Shown in pieces: positions 11,830 to 22,665 of a stretch of 64,000 nt of DNA. Positions within the stretch are counted from its first letter, which is position 1. Each line of letters starts with the position of its first letter. The notes below the pieces were generated by a model. The model made no database searches. It was given only the letters and a program-made list of their open reading frames with translations, and was not told where the DNA came from. The translations under genes were made by a program, and so were the position numbers. This stretch comes from Eledone cirrhosa (taxonomy: Eukaryota). The stretch lies in the NCBI GenBank assembly GCA_964016885.1, contig OZ024764.1, positions 20,336,001-20,400,000 on the forward strand, read 5' to 3'.

Positions 11830-12010
11830 TGGGGTGCCGGAGTCTCCCTCTAATACTTTCTGAGACAGTCTTACCTCGAGTGATAGCAAGGCTAAGATGT
11901 TGGAACTACCAAACACCCTCATATGTATCACCTGACACCTCGGTAAGGAGAGCTGCCAACGATAACAAGAACCTCGTTGTCAGGGACCTATCTCCTCCAA
12001 ACTTCTCCAA
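11830..12010 (-). mobile_element. Short CRE-like C-terminal remnant (paralogs 27950-28140, 51518-51700)
   Basis: Homologous to the 62-bp repeat unit at 15648; minus strand reads VSGDTYEGVW*FQHLSLAITRG. Confidence 0.55.
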
Positions 12011-12549
12011 CACCACAGACTAGAATATTCTACTCTTTATTCCCTATCAAATATATTTCAGTCTAGTCATTTATCTTGTATCTTGTATATGTATTTTCAA
12101 AACTAACTGTCACATTTGTGAGACCCCAGTTAGTGATGTTTTTCTCTCCCTCCCACATCCTACATGCTGTAGTAAAAGTGAGGGTCACTGCTTCTGTAGA
12201 CGAACGAAATAAAAGCTAAACTACCAGTAATTATCAGCAAAGTATTTATTCCAGTCTGTGATGTTTGAGAAGCTGGGCTGCTGACAACGAAGTTGTTGTC
12301 ACTGTTGGCGGCTGGCTTTACCGAAGTACCCGATGACTCTTGTGAGGGTACTTAGCTTTTCTGGCAAATTAGCCCCCATATGACCCGATCTTACCGAAGT
12401 ACCCGGTGATCTCTGTAAGAGTACTTAGGTGTTCTATTTTAATTACATTTACTGTTTTCACCTTTATTTTTTTTTATTACAAACTTTAGATAATTTAATT
12501 CGGTAAAAATATTTTTACGTCTCAAAAAAACTTGACCTTTGACATTGAA

Positions 12550-12659
12550 GCATGCGCAGTGGTGCAGTTGTCGACTTCCTGTCCACGTGTTAGTCTTCCT
12601 ACAACATCATTTAGACAACATTTCTGTAAATACTAAACACCTGAGACTATAATGTAAGT
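12550..12659 (+). promoter_or_regulatory. Putative promoter and non-coding first exon of ZNF2
   Basis: GCATGCGCA (NRF1-like, 12550), ACTTCCTG (ETS-like, 12574), CACGTG (E-box, 12584) and donor AAT|GTAAGT (12654); near-identical at 28642-28751 and 53000-53109. Confidence 0.6.
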
Positions 12660-13639
12660 ATTATGTCTATTAATATTGTAGATTAAAGCTCACTTTTCAC
12701 ATCACAAATATATATTTTCTTGTTTGTTTCATTACTGGAAATATAAAATGTTATCGTAATTATCTATATTTTACCTACCTCTAATTAATTAAAGTGGAAA
12801 CTTTTGTTGTTGCTGAAAAATAAATTAACAAAACTAAATATTTAAATATTCTAAAGGTCGTTTTTATATTATGCGATGATATAATTAATATATTTTATTA
12901 CAATTGTATAAATTTACGGTAGAATAACGTTGTAGATATGTTTTAAATATATACATAAATAACACAAGTGTGTAAACAACATTATAACTTGCTGGCAATT
13001 CCTTGAGAAAGACATTACAAATATATTGTCTAAACTGTGTATAATAATATAATTTATTAAACAATAATGATAAAGGAAAGAAAAACACAGTGGGAGATGG
13101 CAATTGACCACCAAACGAGGTAAACATTTTCAACTTTCCCCCTTTTTTTGCTTTGTCCGAGACAACTCAAAATATTCTTCAAGGAACTGGATTTTCCATT
13201 CGGTTGGATCGAACGGATTTTACCATTTATAATCTACGGAGAGGAATAACAGATGTTCGGAGGAAAAAAGAATTGTTTGTGGCAACAACGTAGGGAACCA
13301 ACCTGGAGCAATTGTATCACACAATTATACTTTCCTCCTTAACATACACTTATAATTTTTCAAAATCAAACCCCCCAAATATAAAATATAAATAATTATA
13401 AATGGCGTGGAACCATCCCATCTCCCTCTTGAAATAACCTGAATCTATTTATAGTCAGGTGTGACTGAAAGGTCAATCCATACTTCCATTCTATTTCACA
13501 GAATTAGAAGCTTGGACCACTTGATAGAATTCAGGTCCAGTAATGTAATCACTCCGTAATTGTAAACATCTTGTATCACTATCATTCAGGTTTTGATTTT
13601 ACTTAAGTCTTGCCCATGTTTTTTTTTTTTTTTTTTTTT

Positions 13640-15550
13640 TTACACCAACTCACAATTTCGGTTTTTACTGCGGATTTACCCATGCGAACTATTACACAAA
13701 CTCACAGCCTTAGATTTTGTATTTCTAGCGTTTTTATTTTCCTTCTCTTTGCATGTTCAGTGCTCTTTCTCTCCCACTGTATTTATCTGCCTCTCACATG
13801 ACCACACTCCTCTCCACGTACTCATCATCTTCTCACTCCTTCTACACCTTCCAACGCTGGCCCTCTACTGCCGGCTGTTGCCAGCCCGCCACCTGATTGT
13901 GCCCTCTGTGCCTGCACTAACCAGTACTTAAAGACAATTAAATGTCACCTATGCCACGCAAGCTACCACAGAAGCATGTGTCAGCATCACCAAAGCTCAA
14001 GCCGAAAGGCTTCAACACTGGACCTGTCATAGGTGCCACTTCAGCTCCGTCTATTCCGTGGTTTTGACCAACACTCTACTGACGACTTTGCCACAGCCCC
14101 CCGGGGCTTCTCCAAATCAAAGCTCCTTAGGAGCCCCGATCACAGACCTGGCCTTCGAGTCAACCATCCAATCGAAGATGGTTGGCCTTGAGCAGCTGCT
14201 GAGGAATATTGAAGATATCGAACCCCATCAAGGTTTCTTCTTACTCAGGAACTACCTGTCTATTCCTAAGCTTCTGTATCTGCTCAGGGTCAGCCCCTCT
14301 CACAGATTTCCATCCTGCCTCCAATGCTTCGACGACCTAATCTTCGAGTGACTCGAGTGTCTGGTCAATGTTAGTAAGTGTTCGTCCCTCTCTCTCCCCT
14401 GCTTCCTTTCCTCCACCCAAGCTTGCAGCATCCTCTCCTCTCCAACACGGACTAGTTCCAACAGGGAGTTGTGTGAAGCTCTCCAGCAATGGAGTGAGTT
14501 GGGCTTGTCTCTTCCTGAGAAGGTGGAGGACAGTCGAAGTCAGAGAACTTGGGACAGGATACGTTGGAATGCCACCTTCGACTCCCTCTTCGTCCTCTCA
14601 GATCGGTTTACAAGGTGCCGCCTACCATCTGCCAGCGCCAAATACTCCGGTGACTGGGTCGATGCCTTACCCGTGGCCAACGTTGGAAGCCTACTCAGCC
14701 TGGATGAAGTTCGTGTCTCCATCACCCTCAGAGTGGGAGCTGACGTCTGCATGGGTTTGAGATGTGGCTAACTCCTCGACTCCACAGGCCCCCACGGTCT
14801 TTCTTGCTGCCTGAATGCCGGCCACTTTGCCCGTCACACGGAGCTAAACTTTATTCTGAAGAGAGCTTTGGCCCGGGCAAACATCCCCTTAGTCTTAATC
14901 CGGGACGTCACTGTTAGTGACTCCTTTGCTCTTTCCCACATCCTTGATGCTGCGGTAAGGACGAGAGCCACAGCTTCGGCAGCCGAGCGGAGTAAGACCC
15001 TCAAATATTCTGATCTGTCGGCCAGCTACATTTTTCAGCCTGTGGCTTTCGAGACGTTTGGGGGTGTCGGGCCGCTGACTGCGAGGTTCCTTTCCTCACT
15101 GGCGGCTCGCCTTATAGAGTTAACTGTCGAAATCGCGAGGGCGCTTGGCTGTTCCAGCACCTCAGCCTCGCTATCACCTGAGGTAACACTGCCAGTGTGC
15201 TGGCTTGCCTCAAAACTCATTAGAGAGGTTTCCCAGTACCCCTCGTTGCTGTCTTTTGCTCTGGTGTTGGCTCCGTTGTCCACCCCTTCCTTTACATTTT
15301 CTTTAATATTGCAACATTGAAGGAATTTATCTTTCATTGTATCATCCTTTATAGTGTTACCGAGGCATTTGTAATGTTATTTATATATTTAAAACATATT
15401 TGTTATGTTATTCTACTGTAAATTTATTTATATGCTCTGTTTATATTTTCATTCTGAAGGAACTTATCCACTTTTGTTGATATAAGTGATTCTATGACTT
15501 TCCTCTAAGCATTGTGTCATTATATATGTTATTATAAATGTGAATAAATT
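13640..15550 (+). mobile_element. Internally deleted CRE-like non-LTR retrotransposon, part of a private insertion (~13113-15559) in the ZNF2 intron
   Basis: PKLLYLLR, SGDWVDALP, LRVG..C..CG..D..G.HGLSC....H..RH..LN, DVT, KY..L...YIFQPVAFETFG, WLFQHLSLAIT.GN; AATAAA at ~15543. The empty site is seen at ~53563. Confidence 0.75.
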
Positions 15551-15604
15551 GAATTTACAGTGTGATAATAGGCCACACCTCACACCCTAGGGGTTAACTA
15601 CACA

Positions 15605-15810
15605 CTTTGAGGCAAGCCAACACACTGGCAGCATTACAACGGGTGATGGTGAGGCTAAGGTGTTGAAATAACAAGGTACCCTCACGGGTATCACTTAACA
15701 CCTCATTAAGGTGAGGCTAAGGTGCTGAGATAACCAGGTACTCTTACGGATATCACCTGACACCTCAGTAAGGTGAGGCTACGGTGCTGAAATAACCAGG
15801 TACCCTCACG
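15605..15810 (-). repeat. 62-bp minisatellite derived from a CRE-like C-terminus (about 2.7 copies)
   Basis: Unit GGTGAGGCTAAGGTGCTGAAATAACCAGGTACCCTCACGGGTATCACCTGACACCTCAGTAA; its reverse complement matches 15130-15215. Confidence 0.85.
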
Positions 15811-16175
15811 GAAACGACTAGATTTGTAGAAAAAGTAGGGTGAAAGTATACAAAGAGATGTAGTTTCACAGATCTACCCACACCTCACGTTGGGTGGGAA
15901 TAATTATTTTTCTTAGAATTCTTGCTATACCCCTTTTCCAGTATTTTTTCTCTGGACCCCTTAGATACTTGCAATAGACGTTTTATTTCCCAGTATTAGG
16001 ATTAGGGTTTCCGTTTTCAGTAAGAATAGTCGATTACAAACATCTAAGAGGTCTAGAAATAAAATTAAGGAAAGATAATTATTTCCCAGCCAACTGGAGA
16101 AGTGTGTAGCTCTTCTAAACTCCGATAATCCTGACTCCCACTTTTTATCTACAAATCTAGTCGTTTCCTGCTACT

Positions 16176-16815
16176 TTGTTCCCTGGGGTATGCCTTAGTA
16201 TTTGACACCATCTATCTGTCTTACTCCCTAACTAGAAAGAAGTCAATCTGTCTCATGTGCTCACCTGATTGGTAGGTTATTAGGTGGTTGGTAGGTTTCT
16301 TGAAGTGTTGCAAATGGTTAGTTCACTTGCATCACAAAATACAAGAAGCCTCACTCCTTCATCATTTCTTGAGACATAACCATGACCACCATGTACCCCA
16401 GTGTATCCATCCTGGAGCTGTCCAACATGACCATTGGAGTCCCCTGCTATTATAACTAGGTCTCTGTCATTGTGGTTATCTCTACTTATTCCTTTTCTAC
16501 ATATGGAGCAGGGCCACTTTCCTGAAGGGGTCAGGGTCTTCTCTCCTATCCATGACCACTTTAGTTTTGGCTAAGTATATTCTTAGAACTTACCATTTCA
16601 AATTCTATATCTATAGTTGGTCATCTACATAGAGATGTTTCCATAGACAGCCAGTCTTAAACCTCTCTGTTATGGCTTGGAGAACTATGATGAACAACAG
16701 TGGGCTAAGAACTAAACCATGATGAACTCCTACCTGTACCTTCAATTCCTCACTAAACACACTTTACTGACAGCTTCTCACAAGCCATTCTTCTACACCT
16801 AATTTCTTTAACCCT
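16176..16815 (-). mobile_element. Decayed RTE LINE fragment (unit 2 copy, shortened by deletion)
   Basis: Paralog of 1-620; at ~16176 the sequence jumps from the homolog of 30253 to the homolog of ~35848. Confidence 0.8.
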
Positions 16816-17021
16816 TTAGTATTTAAACTGGCCATATCTGGCCAGAATTGTCCCACATCTTTCTGTTCAAACTGGCCGTAATTGGTCACTTATACTTATG
16901 TTAAGGTATTGTTCTCAAAATAAGTAACATCAAATTCTCGTAGATTTGATATTATGTGAGATAAAGCATTTACTGTGAAAATATAATAGTAAATATAGAG
17001 TAATGTGAATACTAAAGGGTT

Positions 17022-17122
17022 AATCTAATGTCACTAGTAACTACTTTTATCAGTCAGTTTAATCTAATGTCACTAATAACTACTTTTATCAGTCAGTTTA
17101 ATCTTACGTCACTAATAACTAA
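17022..17122. repeat. 39-bp minisatellite, about 2.5 copies
   Basis: Same unit as 2727-3530. Confidence 0.9.
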
Positions 17123-17477
17123 CCTATGTTAGTCAGCACATTCTTGACCAAAGAAGGCCTTAGTATTTATTACAGTCCATTTATCAATATAGAAATATTA
17201 TATGAAATTTGTACTGATGTATTACAAGTTTCTGAGTATCTTATAAATGTTCTTTTATTATTTCAGAATACCAGAGGACATTGGCATTAAAGAGCACGTT
17301 ACATCAGACATATCCTCAATATTAACCATTTCTAATGAAAGACACTACCCATCATTTTCAAATAATTTTGAAAAAACTCAACACTTTGAAGGGATTTAGT
17401 AATATAACTAAATTTCTCAGTATTAAGCTGTGAATTATGTGAGAAACTGAGGTGATTGATATCTTTTAGTAGGAGAT

Positions 17478-19433
17478 ATGTCGAAAAATATAGTAAAATC
17501 ACCATTCCACTGTGATGTCTGTGGTAAATCATTCTCTAAAAATACTAAATTAACTAGGCACAAACTAAGTCACACAGAAGAGAAGCCATATCACTGTGAT
17601 ATATGTGGTAAATCATTCTCTAAAAATACTAAATTAACTAGACACAAACTAAGTCATACAGAAGAGAAGCCATATCACTGTGATATCTGTGGTAAATCAT
17701 TCTCTAAAAATACTAAATTAACTAGACACAAAGTAAGTCATACAGAAGAGAAGCCATATCACTGTGATATCTGTGGTAAATCATTCTCTAAAAATACTAA
17801 ATTAACTAGACATAAACTAAGTCATACAGAAGAGAAGCCATATCACTGTGATATCTGTGGTAAATCATTCTCTAAAAATACTAAATTAACTAGACACAAA
17901 CTAAGTCATACAGAAGAGAAGCCATATCACTGTGATATCTGTGGTAAATCATTCTCTAAAAATACTAAATTAACTAGACACAAACTAAGTCATACAGAAG
18001 AGAAGCCATATCACTGTGATATCCGTGGTAAATCATTCTCTAAAAATACTAAATTAACTAGACATAAACTAAGTCATACAGAAGAGAAGCCATATCACTG
18101 TGATATCTGTGGTAAATCATTCTCTAAAAATACTAAATTAACTAGACATAAACTAAGTCATACAGAAGAGAAGCCATATCACTGTGATATCTGTGGTATA
18201 TCATTCTCTAAAAATACTAAATTAACTAGACACAAACTAAGTCATACAGAAGAGAAGCCATATCACTGTGATATCTGTGGTAAATCATTCTCTAAAAATA
18301 CTAAATTAACTAGACACAAACTAAGTCATACAGAAGAGAAGCCATATCACTGTGATATCCGTGGTAAATCATTCTCTAAAAATACTAAATTAACTAGACA
18401 TAAACTAAGTCATACAGAAGAGAAGCCATATCACTGTGATATCTGTGGTAAATCATTCTCTAAAAATACTAAATTAACTAGACATAAACTAAGTCATACA
18501 GAAGAGAAGCCATATCACTGTGATATCTGTGGTAAATCATTCTCTAAAAATACTAAATTAACTAGACACAAACTAAATCATACAGAAGAGAAGCCATATC
18601 ACTGTGATATCCGTGATAAATCATTCTCTAAAAATAATAAATTAACTAGGCACAACTCTATTCATACAGGAGAGAAGCCACACCACTGTGACATCTGTGA
18701 TAAATCATTTACTCACAGTAGTACCTTAACTAGACACAAACGTATTCATACAGGAGAGAAGCCATATCACTGTGACATCTGTGATAAATCGTTTTCTGGC
18801 CGTAGTACCTTGACTATTCACCAACGTATTCATACAGGAGAGAGGCCATATCGCTGTGACATCTGTCATAAATCATTCTCTCAAAGTAGTACTTTCACTA
18901 ATCACCAACGTATTCATTCAGGAGAGAGGCCATATCACTGTGATATCTGTGGTAAATCATTCTCTGTTAATAATTACCTAATTGTTCATAAACGTATTCA
19001 TACAGGAGAGAAGAGATATCATTGTGATATCTGTGGTAAATCATTCACTCACAGTGGTACCTTAACTTATCACAAACGTGTTCATACAGGAGAGAAACCA
19101 TATCACTGTGATATCTGTGATAAATCATTCAGTCACAGTGGCACCTTAACTACTCACAAACGTACTCATACAGGAGAGAAGCCATATCACTGTGACGTAT
19201 GTAGTAAATCATTCTCTGTTAGTAATAGCCTAACTACTCACAAACGTATTCATACAGGAGAGAAACCATATCAGTGTGATATCTGTGATAAATCATTCTC
19301 TGATACTAGTAACTTAACTATTCACAAACGTACTCATACAGGTGAGAAACCATATCACTGTGACATCTGTGGTAAATCATTCTCGAAAAGTAGTAACTTA
19401 ACTCAGCATGTGCATATTCATACAGAAGTTTAG
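17478..19433 (+). CDS. Tandem C2H2 zinc-finger protein ZNF2, 23 fingers (1-14 near-identical; 7, 11 and 14 have second Cys->Arg)
   Basis: 651 aa = 10 + 22x28 + 25; thirteen KNTKLTR helices with TEEKP linkers, one KNNKLTR, then nine diverse fingers. Confidence 0.95.
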   Translation: MSKNIVKSPFHCDVCGKSFSKNTKLTRHKLSHTEEKPYHCDICGKSFSKNTKLTRHKLSHTEEKPYHCDICGKSFSKNTKLTRHKVSHTEEKPYHCDICGKSFSKNTKLTRHKLSHTEEKPYHCDICGKSFSKNTKLTRHKLSHTEEKPYHCDICGKSFSKNTKLTRHKLSHTEEKPYHCDIRGKSFSKNTKLTRHKLSHTEEKPYHCDICGKSFSKNTKLTRHKLSHTEEKPYHCDICGISFSKNTKLTRHKLSHTEEKPYHCDICGKSFSKNTKLTRHKLSHTEEKPYHCDIRGKSFSKNTKLTRHKLSHTEEKPYHCDICGKSFSKNTKLTRHKLSHTEEKPYHCDICGKSFSKNTKLTRHKLNHTEEKPYHCDIRDKSFSKNNKLTRHNSIHTGEKPHHCDICDKSFTHSSTLTRHKRIHTGEKPYHCDICDKSFSGRSTLTIHQRIHTGERPYRCDICHKSFSQSSTFTNHQRIHSGERPYHCDICGKSFSVNNYLIVHKRIHTGEKRYHCDICGKSFTHSGTLTYHKRVHTGEKPYHCDICDKSFSHSGTLTTHKRTHTGEKPYHCDVCSKSFSVSNSLTTHKRIHTGEKPYQCDICDKSFSDTSNLTIHKRTHTGEKPYHCDICGKSFSKSSNLTQHVHIHTEV

Positions 19434-20092
19434 CTGTATCAATATCAAACTCATTACATCATACAACAACAACAACAACAACAATTGTGTAGATCCATCA
19501 TCCTTGCTAAAACTGGGGTTAACCTTGTAGGTTTTACCTATGACGGGGATCATAAACACCAGGTTTCCATTTTTGAAGCAGTGTTTGAAGATTTTGTGTA
19601 AAGTAAAGTTTTTCACATTAAACTTTGATTTATTATACTTTAACAGGTAAGATATATATTTGTATTTTCAGTAAAGGTTTGGGAATTTCTGTAATTTAAA
19701 CCTGCCAATAAAATGAAAACTTTTGTTGTTGCTAGTCAGACATTGATATTAATTCTATTGTCCTGTACATCGTCTCACATATCACAGATTAAACAGATTT
19801 TAACAATAACAACAGAAATCAATAACTTGTAAGCCTAATATCTAGCTTCCATTTTAACTATTTGATATTGTTGTTCCCCTCCTGTCTCTTCAGGTCTTTT
19901 AGATTTCAACTTCTATCCACTGTACTATTCCATCACCAAGGCAACATTCATCTGGCTGGCAGCTTACATCAGCTACAGATCTCATCAGTGGTTCACAACA
20001 GGCTGTCTGAAAGAAACTTCCAGATATCTTCTATGTCATAGCTATCAATCTCCTCCTCCTTATCATATGTATCATGTAGAACATCTCTGAAT

Positions 20093-20575
20093 TTATATTT
20101 AACAGAGAGATCTTTTACTGTCCTTACCCTTTTCTCTAGATTGTCTTGTATCTCTTTCACAGTACCTCTAGATCTTATATTTAACAGGGAGATCTTTTAC
20201 TATCCCTACCCTTTTCTCTAGGTTGTCTTGTACCTCTCTCACAGTCCCTCTACATCTTATATTAAACAGGGAGATGTTTTACTGTCCCTACCTCTTTCTC
20301 TAGGTTGTCTTGTACAACCCTCACAGTCCCTCTAGATCTCATATTTAACAGGGAGATCTTTTACTGTCCCTACCCTTTTCTCTAGGTTGTCTCGTATCTC
20401 TCTCACAGTCCCTCTAGATCTTATATTTAACAGGGAGATCTTTTACTGTCCTACCCTTTTCTCTAGGTTGTCTTGTACCTCTCACAGTCCCTGTAGATCT
20501 TATATTTAACAGGGAGATCTTTTACTCTCCAACCCTTCTATCTCCAGATAGTCTTGTATTTGTCAGTCCCTCTAG
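20093..20575. repeat. ~82-bp minisatellite within an RTE relic, about 6 copies
   Basis: Unit TTATATTTAACAGGGAGATCTTTTACTGTCCCTACCCTTTTCTCTAGGTTGTCTTGTACCTCTCTCACAGTCCCTCTAGATC. Confidence 0.9.
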
Positions 20576-20851
20576 TCTATGTTGAGTGGTACGTCCTTCT
20601 CCAGTAAAGGAGTTAATATTCCCAACCATCTGTCTATCCTGTTTTCTGATGAGAATGAAGTCAATCTAGTTTATCTCTTCACCTGATTGAAGTAACTAGA
20701 TCAAGTAACTAGATGGTTTCCTGTAAGTTAGTGTTGCAGTGTTTGTGTCACCATGTAAGGTTTATATCTATTAATATAGAGATGTAGTAAAGTTTTCACT
20801 GTTGTATCTCTATTTTCTAAATATCTTAATAATGTTTCTCTACTATTTCAG

Positions 20852-21295
20852 AATATCACATAACCTTGACAGAAAAGAGTCTTTTAAAGACAACAGAAAG
20901 ATGTTACATTCAAGTGATATAAACTTGTTTAGTCTGTGGTGAATTATGGTAAAATATTTCTTCTGAATTGAGATAAATAACAACATTTTCCTTTTTCACT
21001 GTCTGGAATATTTACAAGATGATTTTACATTCTGATTAAACTTTGGATATTTAGAAAGGAGTTTTCAAAATATTTGGATATTGACAAAGATCACATTTGA
21101 TAAAATTATGAACAATAGAAATATTTACATCAACATAGGAATATTTTCCAGAAGAGATGGGAAAATCATTATACCACTGTAATATTTGTGGTAAAGTATT
21201 CTCTATTCTTCATATGTACAACATCTAACTAAACACTTTAACTAACAAACTATTGTGCTATAGAATTGACAAACTTGAACAATGTTTAATAAATG
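20852..21295 (+). pseudogene. Relic ZNF terminal exon, copy 2
   Basis: Paralog of 6441-6885. Confidence 0.65.
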
Positions 21296-21347
21296 TTACA
21301 GATTTCTCCAAACTGTCGTTTACTAACTTTAATTTGAAACTATATTA

Positions 21348-21739
21348 TCTATATACTACTAAAACTCTGTGATTGTGTCTTGTCTGTAATTTAATACAGC
21401 TAAAACAGTGCATAATGGGGAAATACTTTGAAAAGAATAAAACAAGTTTTGTATAAATTGGAGCACAGGTTCCCAAGATACGGGGTTTTCTGGGTACCTT
21501 CATAAATATAGGGAGAGAAAGAGATAGTGGTTGTGAGACTGTGGATTGAAAAGGAGATGGATGTAAAGGGGAAGAGAGAGAGAGCTGGTGGTGATGTTTA
21601 ATAAAATACGTGTGTATATATATGTGTCTATATATATATATGTCTATATTTTAACTATTTGAAAATTATTTTTAAGTGAACATGATTTAAAAAAAATAGT
21701 TTTAAGGGAACGTGACCCAACAGGTCCCGGGTGGTCTAG
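21348..21739 (+). mobile_element. Non-autonomous Helitron, copy 2
   Basis: A|TC...GTGACC-CAACA-GGTC hairpin...CTAG|T. Confidence 0.75.
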
Positions 21740-22665
21740 TTTGTTACTAAATACTAGATATTAGAGGGTCATGTTGTTCTAGATGTGCTGGAAGAGCCAT
21801 TCCATCTCGTGAGGTTCACACCAGCAGCTAGCCACCTCAGCACCTATGGTGGTATATTTATTATATTATTTATTCTTTATCATTAACATTAATATCAAAG
21901 ATAATTATATATTTTTAGAGAAGAACCTTTTTGTTGTGACACCTACAGAACTACTTTACAGTGTAGACTGGGTACTTTTTGTTGTGACACCTACATGACC
22001 AATTTACAGTTTGCACTGGGTACTTTTTGCTGTGACACCTACAAGACCACTTTAAAGTTTTGGCTGGGTTCTTTTTGTTGTCACCTACATGACCACTTTA
22101 CAGTGTGGGCTGGGTACTTTTTGTCGTAACATCTACATGACCACCTTATAATGTTGACTGTGTGTTCTTTACAGTGTGGGTTGGGTGCTTTTTGTCATAT
22201 CTCCTATATGACCAGCTCAAGATGGTCACATAACATCCATGAGCTTGGCTGGTCTCTCTGGGAGATCCAGCCAGATCAGTTGGAGTGGGTTGCTTCTGAC
22301 AGGACCTGTTGGAGGGAGTGTTTGAGGACTCTGCCCCCAAGACCCTCTCTGGAATAAGTGGGTTAATAAGAAGAGGTTGAGATTACATCATCAACATCAG
22401 ATTTCCCTGCTAGCAAGGGTTTAATGAGTCTACTTCAACCAAGTAAGTACTGAAGTGAGGCTACTGATCTCCTAGACAGACCAAGGATCTGAGACTTATT
22501 TACATAAGGTCTCATTTGCTACTGAGTGCACAGAAAAGGTTGTCATGTCTTTGTCATGATTGAAGGGTTCTCCGACACTATTGTCGGGCAAGCTTTCTAT
22601 GGCTAGATGTCCTTCACATGACCAACCACATTACAGCCTGTGTTGGGTGTGTTTATCATGTAGGT

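Noticed and set aside
11829-12023. ORF MGCRSLPLILSETV conserved in three places
   Set aside because: Conserved only because of the segmental duplication; it is antisense to a CRE remnant and frameshifted in copy 3.
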